Source: Octopus sinensis
Taxonomy: Eukaryota
Direction: 5' to 3'
DNA: 64,000 nt
Assembly (NCBI RefSeq): GCF_006345805.1
Contig: NC_043013.1
Span: 13,578,001 to 13,642,000 of the forward strand
The notes below the pieces were generated by a model, which was not told the origin of the DNA, searched no databases, and worked only from the letters and a program-made list of their open reading frames with translations. Shown here piece after piece: positions 41,396 to 53,418 of this stretch. Each line of letters begins with the position of its first letter. Position 1 is the first letter of the stretch. Position numbers and translations under genes: made by a program.

Positions 41396-41904
41396 GTTTT
41401 TTACAATATTGCCGATGTATTATCCTTCACCAAACTTATGTAAAAATGGGCACATGCTCAAACAATGTGAGGGATGCCAAGAAGGGAGCGGGTAGGTGAG
41501 AGAAAGTATGAAAACAATAAGTGCATAAGACACCAACATGAAGACGGAAGTAGTGAGAGGCAGATGTTGTTCAAGGTAAAAAAAAATCATTGATACTATG
41601 ATTTAACATTTACCTGCATTATAATGAGGGTGGAGCGAAATAAAGGCAGTATTCCGAAATTAGTGATCATATTTCTCTAATTCTATATGTATGAAATTCA
41701 GTAACCTGAGGTTCCGCAAAACAAAGGATGCCTGTATAAACGGCGTGAGGTATTTTAAGCACTTATTTGTGTCTATTAACTTACAAGATTAGGAAAGGTA
41801 TTATGTTAGAAAATCAAGCATTTATTATTAGTCGTGACCCTTGGATTAATGGGATTGATATGAAGTTATTGAACCAAAAAACAAAAATTAGCGTGGGTGA
41901 GTCT

Positions 41905-42125
41905 GTGTGATGGCACATGGCCAAGCGGTTAGGGTGCTGCTCCCGTAATCGTCTGTTCGATTTCCAGGCCGGGTGGTGTGTTGGGTTTTTGAGTTAAACG
42001 CTTCATTTCACGTTGTTCTGCAACAACTTGGACATCTCATTTGTGGCACACTAAGCACCTGTACAGGTGATGTCGATTTGATGGAGAAAGTGAGCTAATG
42101 CGCAGCATGAACACGTGATCATAAT
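41905..42125 (+). mobile_element. Degenerate tRNA-SINE
   Basis: TGGCCAAGCGGTTAGGG...GTTCGATTTCCAGGCCGGG. Confidence 0.7.
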
Positions 42126-42229
42126 AAAAAAAAATCATTTGTAGGTTGTTCAGAAAGGAAATACAGAACCGTCATTCTCGAAATCGTGACTATAATTAAA
42201 AAATATTTGAAAGAAATCGTTTTTTGGTT

Positions 42230-42412
42230 TCGTAAAGTATACTAGCCATCTCAATATGGCTAACCACTAAGGGTGGGTGTTACTGTAGCTTTTAGCCCCA
42301 GGAGATCATCGTCTCCAGCTGGCTTTAGGCAGACTTTCTGTGCCCTTTCTGTGCTACAGTAACACCCACCCTTAGTGGTTAGCCATATTAAGATGACTAG
42401 TATACTTTACGA
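42230..42412. mobile_element. Fold-back element with ~60-bp inverted arms
   Basis: TCGTAAAGTATACTAGCCATC...TGTAGC / GCTACAG...TAGTATACTTTACGA. Confidence 0.85.
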
Positions 42413-42834
42413 TGTCGAGCAGTTACTGTTTACATCTCATTCAGAGATTTATTATTGTTTTTTGGTTTTTTATCCAGAAATCTGCTTTCCATTGTTCTCC
42501 AACAAGTATAAATACAAAGCATTGGCGGGGGTCGGTCGTTTTCGCTTCCATAAGTTCTATGCCTATCGCTTTCTAGCAAGCACCTCTTCCTAACAGGCAT
42601 ACATGTTACCAAAGTGGCGAGAGCTTCATCATTGTCATTCTCCCTTTACCACCATTTAACAACCGACTACTACAGACAACCTTTCTATACCTAATCTAAC
42701 GCGGAATTCAAAGGAAAATAAATCTGGCACGCAAGAACTTTCATCACCATGTTGATTCTTATGCTTTATATTACACTGTCTCACGGAGTTTGAACACTCT
42801 AACAGTATCATAACCTGTTACACACACTCATACA

Positions 42835-43060
42835 CACACGTCTTTGTGTCTATGTTTGTCCCCCACCACCACCGCTTGACAACCGGTGCTGATATGTTTA
42901 TGTCCCCGTAAGTTAGCGGTTCGGCTGAAGAGGACGATAGAGTAAGTATCAGGCTTTAAACAATAAGTGCTAGTGCCGCTATATTTGACTAAAAGTTCTT
43001 CAAGGCGGTGCCCCAGCATGGCCTCAGTCTATTTACTGAAGCAAATAAAAAAATAGAAAA
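42835..43060 (+). mobile_element. SINE with CR1-like 3' tail
   Basis: ...AAGGCGGTGCCCCAGCATGGCCTCAGTC; further copy at 51905-52095. Confidence 0.85.
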
Positions 43061-43097
43061 TAAAAGAACAGATAGACAGACAGACAGATAAACTGAC

Positions 43098-43164
<67 letters not shown>

Positions 43165-43165
<1 letters not shown>

Positions 43166-43540
43166 CTTGAGTATCTCATCCTACTCCAGCAGCGTCGTCT
43201 ACGTTGGCTCGGTTACGTGCATCGAATACCGGACGGAAGGATTCGAAAACCTCCTGTACCGGGAATTGGCCACCGACACAAGCGCACGAGAATGACTTCA
43301 TCTTCGGTTCAAGGACGTCTACAAGGGAGTTATGAAGTCGCTTGATCTGGATGTCCTGAGATGAGAGGAGGTCGCAAATGATCGTCCACACTGAAGTAAA
43401 TGTCGAAAAGGCCTCTGGAAGATTTTGTTCTGTGGTATGGCTCGGCAGGTGACCCAGAGCACCATAGCCTGGGTCCAGTAGTCATATAGGCGAGGGGAGG
43501 TGTAACAGAAACTCGCAACCAAAGAAAAACGCACTCGACG
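43165..43540 (+). mobile_element. RTE LINE 3' fragment between (GATA)n tracts
   Basis: LLQQRRLRWLGYVHRIPDGRI...LRFKDVYK. Confidence 0.85.
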
Positions 43541-43595
43541 GATGCCTACTCCTCCTCCCCTTCCACCACCTCCTCCGCCGCCGCCTCCTCTTCCA

Positions 43596-43626
<31 letters not shown>

Positions 43627-43645
43627 TTGTTACCACTACTACTGC

Positions 43646-43735
<90 letters not shown>

Positions 43736-44490
43736 GATAGATAGATAGATAGATAGATAGAGATAGATAGATAGATAGATAGATAGATTTATATTTATAT
43801 ATAATAACAACTGATGGATAAAGGTTCACTACAGCTGTTTGTAATGTGTTTTTATTGAGGAACAGAACTGTAACATCATGCAAAAGAAAAACCCGTTTTC
43901 ATCAGGCGAAATGTGTCAAAATTAACAATTACAGTTTCTCATGAAAATTAACATAGAGGCATGTGACTCGACGATTCCAATGTCGATCATAGTGGGAAAG
44001 GACTGAGATAGTATTAAGCTTATGGTTAGGAGATCGTTTCGTGGCTGGAGAGAGAAAGAAAGAAGAAGAAAAGAGGAATACAGGAGAATAAAGGATGGAA
44101 GGATGAGAGAAAGACTAATGCGAGGGAGAAAAAGAAGATAATGCATTATCCTTCTATCCTTTAAAGCTTATTAATAAAATTATCTTAGTTTTAGTAGAGT
44201 TGAAAGAAGAACAAAGACGCACGCACATTTCGATAGATACCTTATATATTTGTTATATTTCTGTAACTTTTAATAATTTATAACCCTATTACCATTTATA
44301 TTTCATATGTATTGTAGAAAACTCATATATTTCATATTCTACATCACATACCAAATCGTATATTTCTGGAATAAATATGCATGTGTATATGTGTATATCT
44401 CTATCTAGGGTCTGAAGAAGCGCAATAAAACTAAGCACTTCATGGACATGAAACCCAGGGTAACCCCATATAGCAGCCATATCTAACTTA

Positions 44491-44572
<82 letters not shown>

Positions 44573-44591
44573 GAGAGAGAGAGAGTGTGTG

Positions 44592-44765
44592 TGGTTGTAT
44601 ACTGTCAACATAACGTGACAGTCCCGTATGGGAATTACGTCACCGCTGTTTAGCCCTAGGAAGCATCGAACGCTTCCTGTCGGCTTTGACACATTTCCTG
44701 TGTCCTTATATTTGTGAAGGGGAGGCAAGCACCCCCACCAGCCAAGATTCACACCTGAGGACATG
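44592..44765. mobile_element. Structured repeat related to 42230-42350
   Basis: Same order of hairpins and TTTAGCCCYAGGA motif. Confidence 0.55.
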
Positions 44766-44769
44766 GATG

Positions 44770-44803
<34 letters not shown>

Positions 44804-45614
44804 AATACACATACATATGTATATATATATATCTTCTACACTTAATAAAACGTTGAAATAAAATGAATAAATAGAAAGCTTTAAAAACACCTGAAACACG
44901 TAAATATGCCTGTTAGCTTATATACATTAACGCATCACACTAACATATTGAGATATATCCGGCTTTATGTTTCCTCTGTTACAATTGTTATTGCATGTAC
45001 TTAATGTGACCGTAAGTCCATTCTCAAATGCTATTCATAATACATGTTAGTGGTAGCGGTTGAAGTAATATAAGAGGTGTTAGTAATAGCAGTAGTGGTG
45101 ATGGTGGCGGCGATACTCCTTGTTGTTTAGCTCCAGGTTAAACTTAAATCAAGTAGATCTATGATCAAAAGCATCCCAGCTATAATCATCTTTACCCTTT
45201 TTAGGGTCATATCTAACACTATATTATCTACCTGTAATATGTACTTCTTTTTTGTTATATATTGGGTATGATTTGGAAGAAATTTAGCTGCAATTTCTAG
45301 AGTCTCTCTTTTTAGCATGAGTTGTCACTGTAGTTATCATTGTTGTTAGCTCAGATCAAACCTATTTGAATAGAGCCTTGAGCAGAGGCAGTTCAGCCAT
45401 GACCAGCCCATTCTTTATAGAAATAGGAATATTCTTTTACTTTTATCAGTCATAGAACTGTGATCATGCTGGGGTCTCTGCCTCAAAGAGTTTAGGTATT
45501 TGAATTGACTTCAGTGATCATTTTAAAGTCAGATACTTTTCCTGTTGATTTCTCTTGCCAAAGTGCTATTTCATGGAGGCAAAGACAATCCAATACTCAT
45601 TGTCAAGCAGTGAT

Positions 45615-45648
<34 letters not shown>

Positions 45649-45680
45649 TATTCACCCACAGCAATGAGTGAATGATATTC

Positions 45681-45877
45681 TTAACCATTTAGCATTTAAA
45701 CTGGCTGTATCTGGTTGAAATATCCTACATGCTTCATGTTAAAACTGGCAAGGTACGGCCTCTCACACCTGCTCTACAATGTCATTATAAAAATATACAA
45801 TTGCATCAAAATCTCCAAAACAATATTAATAAATAAGCATAATATTTAATAAAATAATTTGAATGCTAAAGGGCTGA
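45681..45877. mobile_element. piggyBac-type MITE
   Basis: TTAA-CCATTTAGCATT ... AATGCTAAAGGG. Confidence 0.75.
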
Positions 45878-46320
45878 AAGACAATTTAGTATAATTAAAC
45901 TTCCCTAAAAGTTCCAAATGAAGCGAGTCTAATTCTAAAAACCAATCTTTAAACATTTTGCATGGAAAAAAATCTTTTGAGGTAAATATATTGATGACTT
46001 GGAGAGAGAATAAGGATGAAATTCGTATTTAAGCATATCTCATTTATTTCAGAAAAAGCAATTAGTATAATTTAATTTTAATGAAGAGGAATCTAATACA
46101 GAATATCATTTCAAAATTGGTACAGTCAGTAAAAAAAAAGTAGAGAAGTAAAAAGTGTTCAGACTTGAGGGTGAACTATAGCTATGCCTTTTTCTCTCTA
46201 TTTATAGACAAGCAGACAGTGAATGATATTTTAAGGTTAATATACTGTTTCACAATCACTTCTATGAACTCTACCTAATTCAGTTTTCTACCAAATTATA
46301 TGTAGTTAAGTTCATTATAT

Positions 46321-46365
<45 letters not shown>

Positions 46366-46644
46366 CAGATGTATACAAAACAATTCAGAAGGATCTGAGT
46401 AAAGTAGTTTTGGGTTCATCATCATCATCATTTAACATCCATGTTCCATGCTGGCATGAGTTGGTCATGGTAATTAGACAGAACATAAGAAGTAGAAAGT
46501 TTACATTCTCAGGTATAATGACACAACAATAGATAATGCACATGTATTAAGAATTTCAAACACTTATATTTTATATATGTACAAATGAATTAATCATATT
46601 AATAACATCTCTCCTTCTTGCGTTATCTCCCACATCACTTTCCC

Positions 46645-47075
46645 AGTTTTCAGAGTTGGCACTATAAATGTAGGCACATTGAAAAGCCGGTCTAGCGAGA
46701 TTGCAGAGGTGCTTGAACAGAGACGTGTTGATGTATGTTGCGTACAAGAGTTAAGATAGAGAGGAGCTTCAGCCAGTCCTCACAGGCAAAGAACATAGGT
46801 ATAAACTGTTTTGGAAAGGTAATAGTGACTGAATAAGGGATGTAGGCATACTTCTTGCAGAAACATAGGTGGATAAGGCCGTAGAGGTAGCGAGGGTGTG
46901 CGACAGAATACTTAAACTCAGGCTAGTCTTGCAGAATGGTATAGCTACAATTATCTCCGCCTATCCCCACAAGCGGGCCTACCAAATGAACAGAATTATC
47001 TCTTTTATGATATTCTTCTGCATGCTACCTCAAAGACGAATGATAATGATCTCATCTTTGTAGCTGGAGATTTTA
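46645..47075 (+). mobile_element. RTE AP-endonuclease N-terminal fragment
   Basis: RVGTINVGTL...RRVDVCCVQE...IISAYP...FVAGDFN. Confidence 0.9.
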
Positions 47076-47595
47076 ATGTTAACGGTTCCTCATGAAGATA
47101 ATATGGACGCCGCACGGGCTCGAAAATTTAACTGTTATGTAAATCTCCTCGAGGAATGTGAAGATGCAGGCTGGAAAGCGGAACATTTTCCAATCGAAGT
47201 TGGACGTAGAGGGTTCGTTGGACACAGTGTGAGACGACTGTTGTTATCGCTAGGCCTAACTCATCATAAAGTTAATACCACCATGACCGATATCCAATCT
47301 ACAGTGGGGAAGGCTAGCCACTGGATTTGGTTAAAAATAGACGATGAGCGATGGCTAAAAGGATATTGAGCTTAATTTGATAACCAGCTGATGTAGCAAG
47401 CGGGGCCTCATATCAGTGAGGGGGTGGGGGCGGTGCGCATTGATTCCGTCGAGAAGTAGGCCCCGAAACGGCGTGCATTCTCTCCTGATGACCCCATACA
47501 CTTGCTGGCTTCCGGTATACGGAGCTTTTGACTGGTAGCACTTGCACGTGCAAGTTGTTTGCAAGACATGTGTGGGTGATTATCACTGTTTGCAT
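47076..47595 (+). mobile_element. Hero-clade (restriction-like endonuclease) non-LTR 3' end with structured 3' UTR
   Basis: LTVPHEDNM...RK...Y...GW...PIEVGRRGF...KASHWIWLK; stop at 47369; followed by (TATG)n. Confidence 0.85.
47394..47507 (+). ncRNA. Candidate non-circularly permuted hammerhead ribozyme
   Basis: CCGUC (47446-50), GAAACGG (47465-71) and UCUC-CUGAUGA (47481-91), with stems I and III in exact register. Confidence 0.65.
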
Positions 47596-47679
47596 ATGTG
47601 TATGTATGTATGTATGTATGTATGTATGTATGTATGTATGTATGTATGTATGTATTATGTATGTATGTATGTTTGTCTG

Positions 47680-49606
47680 CGTATCCCTGAATCGACACCA
47701 AGAAATTCTACGAGGCGCTGAAAGCTGTTTATGGACCGCAGTCCTCCTTTGGATTAACCCCTCTGCTCAGCTCGGATGGAACCTCACTCCTGACTAACAA
47801 GAGGCTGATCCTGGAGAGATCGGTGGAGCATTTCAACATCGTGCTCAACCGACCAGCCCAGATCAACGAGGAAGCCATCTCACGACTCCCCCAGGTGCCG
47901 ACAAACCACGAGCTGGCTGTTCCCCCTCACCAGCCTGTTCTAGTCGATGTGAGACAGGGAACAACTCCCTCAAGATTTCCGGGACGCAACAATCGTCCAC
48001 ATTTATAAGCGGAAATGAGATCGGCAGTCCTGCGACAACCACCGAGGAATCTCCCTCTTGTCCATAGCAGGCAAGATCCTGGCCCGAGTCCTGCTTGACC
48101 GCCTTCTGGAACACTTGGAGCAAGGCCTTCTCCCTGAGAGCCAGTATGGCTTCCGCGCGGGTCGAGGGACCACTGACATGATATTCGCCGCCCGCCAGCT
48201 CCAGGAGAAATGCATGGAGCAGCACCTTGACCTCTGCATGACCTTTGTTGACCTCACTAGGGCTTTCGATACAGTCAGTCGGCAGGGACTCTTGAAGGTC
48301 ATGGGAAAATTTGGTTGCCCCAGCGAATTTATTGCAATTGTCCGCCAGTTCCACGACGGAATAACAGCCAGAGTCCTTGAAGACGGCAGCTCATCTGAAG
48401 CCTTCCACGTGACCAACGGAGTCAGGCAGGGCTGTGTCCTGGCCCCAACACTGTTCAGCATCATGTTCTCGGCAATGCTGTCCGACGCCTTCAGGGACTG
48501 CAAGCCCGGTATCGACATCAAGTACAGGACGGACGGGAAACTTTTCAACTCCAGAAGATTGCAGGCCGTCACAAAGGTAAGGGAGACAGTCGTCAGAGAC
48601 TTTCTCTTTGCTGACGACTGCGCCCTTAACGCAATCGATGAGCAGAAGATGCAGCTCGGGATGGACAGGTTCTCATCAGCCTGTGACAACTTCGGTCTCA
48701 CCATCAGTGCCAAGAAAACCGAAGTGATGTTTCAGCCAGCCCCCGGCAAACAATACCATGAGCCTCAGATAAAGGTGAACGGACGGATCCTACGAGCGGT
48801 GGAAAACTTCACCTACCTGGGCAGTACTCTCTCCTGCAATGCCAACATAGATGCTGAAATCATCAACAGAATCTCCAAGGCAAGCAGCGCGTTTGGGAGA
48901 CCGCGAAAGAAAGTCTGGGAGCGGAGAGGAATCAGCCTCAACACCAAGCTGAAAGTCTACTGGGCAGTCGTGCTTACCACCCTACTATACGGCTGCGAGA
49001 CGTGGACTGCTTACCGAAGGCACGAGCGCCAGATAAACCACTTCCACCTCAGGTCTCTTCGGAACCTCCTTCACATCCGCTGGCAGGACAAAGTCCCAGA
49101 CACGGAAGTTCTGAAGCAGGCAGATCTCCCTAGCACCATCATGATCATGCGCAAGGCCCAGCTGAGATGGGCGGGCCACGTCTCCCGCATGTCCGACACT
49201 CGCATCCCAAAACAGCTCTTCTACGGTGAACTCAGCCAGGGCAAACGCAAAGTCGGAGGGCAGAAGAAGCGCTTCAAGGACAGTCTCAATGTTTCTCTCA
49301 CAGACTTCTCCATCGGCACAGAAACTTGGGAGACATTTGCTGCCGACCGCTCATCCTGGCGCAGCGCAATCACCAAAGGAGCAAAGACAGCCGAGGAGAC
49401 GCGGATTCAGTCAGCAGAACAGAAACGCCAGATGCGGAAAGCCAGAGCCACCTGCACCAATAGCACAGCCCCTACCCACTTCTGCCCCACCTGTGGGAGG
49501 GGCTTCCTTGCCCAGATTGGCCTCACCAGCCACCTCCGGTCTCATAGCAGCAATTCCACCAAATGATGTCAATGGTCATCTTCGAACCCGAAGGACGAAC
49601 ATTATT
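47680..49606 (+). mobile_element. Young 5'-truncated RTE LINE
   Basis: KKFYEALKAVYGP, internal deletion at ~47930, intact RT, short 3' UTR ending in the TATG tract. Confidence 0.95.
48058..49566 (+). CDS. RTE reverse transcriptase, uninterrupted 502-codon C-terminal part (no native start)
   Basis: QYGFRAGRGT, FVDLTRAFD, GVRQGCVLAP, FADD, YLGS, C2H2 finger CPTCGR..LTSHLRSH. Confidence 0.9.
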   Translation: MSIAGKILARVLLDRLLEHLEQGLLPESQYGFRAGRGTTDMIFAARQLQEKCMEQHLDLCMTFVDLTRAFDTVSRQGLLKVMGKFGCPSEFIAIVRQFHDGITARVLEDGSSSEAFHVTNGVRQGCVLAPTLFSIMFSAMLSDAFRDCKPGIDIKYRTDGKLFNSRRLQAVTKVRETVVRDFLFADDCALNAIDEQKMQLGMDRFSSACDNFGLTISAKKTEVMFQPAPGKQYHEPQIKVNGRILRAVENFTYLGSTLSCNANIDAEIINRISKASSAFGRPRKKVWERRGISLNTKLKVYWAVVLTTLLYGCETWTAYRRHERQINHFHLRSLRNLLHIRWQDKVPDTEVLKQADLPSTIMIMRKAQLRWAGHVSRMSDTRIPKQLFYGELSQGKRKVGGQKKRFKDSLNVSLTDFSIGTETWETFAADRSSWRSAITKGAKTAEETRIQSAEQKRQMRKARATCTNSTAPTHFCPTCGRGFLAQIGLTSHLRSHSSNSTK

Positions 49607-51634
49607 ATGTATGAATGTATGTATGAAAATTATTTTGAGATTTTGAAAAAGAACGTCTGAATCCTTCGTTCTTTCACTTTGCAGCTAGCAACCATGGCAG
49701 TTTAATTATATATGCATGAATGCATACATTTATGTATGTATGTATGTATGTATGTATGTATAGGTACGTATGTATGTATTTGTACGTAGGTATTTATGTG
49801 TGTATGTTTGTATGTATATATCTCTGTAACTATATATGCACGTGTGTATGTTTGTGATTTGCTGTCTCTTTTCAATATTGACCGGGCAGCTACATATTAT
49901 CAAGGTTATAAAGAAAAGTTTCTAAATTTAACTGAAAATATGTCCCATGCAATCAGTAACCCCTAAAATGTTTTCAGACTGCTAGGGCTTCACTCTATCT
50001 TTCGCTTATTAATGATTTCCTATCAATGTCTCGTTTTTGGATTTCAAATGCTTTGCCTTCGAATTGCGATGTGATGTGGCGGAGACTTTCATTTAATTAG
50101 AAATATCTGCTAATCAAAACATTGTATACCCTGTGGCTACAGCTTCCAACAATTATAATTCCGTTAATTATCTTTTCCTGTTACTCATCTCTCTAACCCT
50201 CAACAGGCTCGACAGCGATAAAACGTATTTCTGAGCAATATCTTAATAATAATTATCGATGTTAAGTCTGTATGTCAATATTTACGAATACATTTACGCC
50301 TGCACGAACATACACACACGCATATATATGCATGACAAATTCCGATAAACACAAGGCTAGATTGTTCGTTCCAACTTACGTTTCACTATTCTAGTTCTTT
50401 GCGACACTGCATTGGATGTTTCAAGTGGAATGGATTCTTAACAACAACGGATCATCAGGGAACATCTTACTGCATCACGTTATATACGCCTAATGTCTTG
50501 AGTTGGGCAGATAGCATAACAGGGTTTGGGAGGTAAATATATGAATCAGACACACAAACACTCACATACACACACACATACACACACACACACGCACACA
50601 CACACACACACTTACAAACACACACACACACTGAAGCTCATACAAACAAGTATGCAGCGACATTCAATATCCTTATTGTCGCTCGTAATTTACGTACCAT
50701 GCAGTTTTGATTTAGTTCTTTGTATTCCATTTGAGATTCTTGCTCACGTTCTCAATTAATCGATGAATCATGTTCTGCTCTATTTTGAACAAACCTACAC
50801 GTTGTATTATTATTTTTTCTTCCTTATTCAATGAATAATCACAAATATCTTTGTATAGAAATCAACTTCTGTCTGGACAAACGATATTTCAGCAAAGAAG
50901 CATTAAACTATATTCACGATAAGGTACGTAAGGGAATATTAGGGTGTGGATTTAGCTATAAGCATTTAAAATCCTTTTCAATTGAATACTATGATACATT
51001 GGTTGTTAGCTGCAAAGTGAAACAAGGATGACAAATATCATAATAGGTTTGGACATGTAAATATATAAATAAAACACACACACATACAGATACAGGCACG
51101 CACTCACACATGTGCACATTCTCTCACGCATAAATCCACGTTCAGTCTCCTTTATCTCTCTCGGAATTCATGTACAACGCAGATTTATTTAATATGTTTG
51201 TATTCGATTTGAAATGTTTGTTGAAATTCTCATAAATACCCTGCCCTATTTTAAACATACCCAGGCGTTGCCATGTAACATCAACCCTTAGGAACGAGAA
51301 ATGCAGCAACAAAGTCATTAGCAATAAAGTTTAGGTTGAACATATTTTCATAAGTATACACGTACTTGCCGTGATCCCTATCTACCTAACTATATACATG
51401 CACACACGCATATGCATACATACACACATACATGCATACATGCATACATAGATACATACATATTACATGCATTCATACATACATAAATACCTACCTACAT
51501 GCACACATGCATGCATACATACATGCATATATATGTATACACTTTATTTTGTTTGTGCTCGTCTTTGGGTGTCTAAGCGACCTTCTATTTGGGTATATGT
51601 GTATATTTGTATAGATCTATCTTTTTCTCCCTGA

Positions 51635-51675
<41 letters not shown>

Positions 51676-51893
51676 TAGCTGAAGGTGATCCGCTCTACGT
51701 GCGGATAAGTGTGTGGTTGTTACTTTCTGAGTAAAATATTTAAAAATCGAATTAAAATTACACTTCGATCGTTGTATAAAACTGTAGATGAACTGTTTAC
51801 GAAGCATAATCACGTGTTTTCACGAATGTAATAAAGAGATTTGCTCTGATATTCTCATTTAAATATAAATAGGTAAATACGGTAAATACATAT
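51676..51893 (-). mobile_element. Helitron-like 3' end joined to 145 bp identical to 54300-54444
   Basis: Minus strand TCCGC-ACGTAGA-GCGGA hairpin 10 nt before CTAG|T. Confidence 0.6.
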
Positions 51894-53263
51894 GTATGTG
51901 TTTGTGTATATGTTTGCGTGTCTGTGTTTGTCCCCCCAACATCGCTTGACAACCGTAACTTAGCGGTTCGGCAAAAGACCCCGATAGATTAAGTAATAGG
52001 CTTACAAACAATAAGTCCTGGTGTCGATTTGCTCGACTAAAGGCAGTGCTCCAGCATGGCAGCAGTCAAATGACTGAAACAAGTAAGCGAGTAAAAGAGT
52101 AAAATATTTAAAAATAAAATCATGTTAAGAGAAATAGTAAAGACACAAATAAGAAATAAATAAATGAATAAAAAAATAAATAAATAAATACTCTCTAAAA
52201 TATAAAGTAGACGAGAGACAGAAAGTAAGCGTGGTGAGAAGGAAAAAGCACATGAAAGAGGGAGGGGAAGAAAAAGGATTATAAAAAGGGTATCTTTGGA
52301 AATGGTCAGTCTGTGAATTGATTGACAGAGAGCATTAGCAGCTGGAAAATAAATATAAATAGAATTATACCCGAATATATGAATAATAGTAGGGTATGAT
52401 CATACAGGGCAAAAGTACCGGAAGGTATATTTCAATGTTGCAAAAGGACTAAATCGTAACACGTATATATATATATAAAACTGAAATGCATTTTTACCGT
52501 TTGGCTCGCTTTCAATGCCACAACGTCCCGTCCGATTCGCTCTAGAATTTACAGGGCCATGTAGAATGAGGTGACGATGCCTATGGGCTACGTTAGAAAT
52601 CCCTATCTTAAAAGGTGTGGTTGCTAGAAGCCATCTTTCTCACTCACGCTATTTCCTCTATTCTCCTCTTGCTCCCTTCAGCTATAACTTTGACAATGTC
52701 CACTCCTGTTATTTAATGTATTCCCTTCAAATCCCTTTCACTTTTCCTTTATAAGTTCGTCACACGGCGTTCTTTGATCGATCTGCCTGCATTCATAGGG
52801 AGAATTATCATTGCCACCAACAACACACAATCATGAGAACAAATATGAATCAGATATTCATTGCGTTCATTTATATATGTGTGTGTGTGTGTTCGATATA
52901 TAAATATGTATATATAATGTAAATATACAAAGTGTATATATCTGTAGTTATGTATGTTAAACCTTTTAATACTTTTTGATATTTATATATATTTTTAAAC
53001 AAATTATATATATATAATTATTTATATATATTTTTAAACAAATTATAAATTATAAATTATTAAATTATAATTTAATAATTTTTATCTTAAATTTAAATAA
53101 TTTAAATTTTTCAATTTTATATATTTTCTATATAATATTTTTATTTTTATGTTTTTGTTTTTGTCTTTTTGCCTATTTGTGGTTTTATCTCTAATTTAAT
53201 TTATACATATATATATATATATAATTTGTAAATATAATGCGTGCACACACACACACACACACA

Positions 53264-53353
<90 letters not shown>

Positions 53354-53418
53354 ATATGTATATATATAATGTGTGCTTTATGTGGTCCGTCGGTTCAGCT
53401 GAAAATATGCACACCTAT

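Noticed and set aside
41706-42813. Candidate upstream exons GILCFAEPQ (41706-41731) and VMILLECSNS...FRVRLG (42691-42813), minus strand
   Set aside because: Phases would fit exon A3, but splice sites are weak and there is no paralog support; needs RNA evidence.
50379-51286. Isolated strong minus-strand donors near 50379, 50697 and 51260
   Set aside because: No consistent frame or homologous support; expected by chance in AT-rich DNA.
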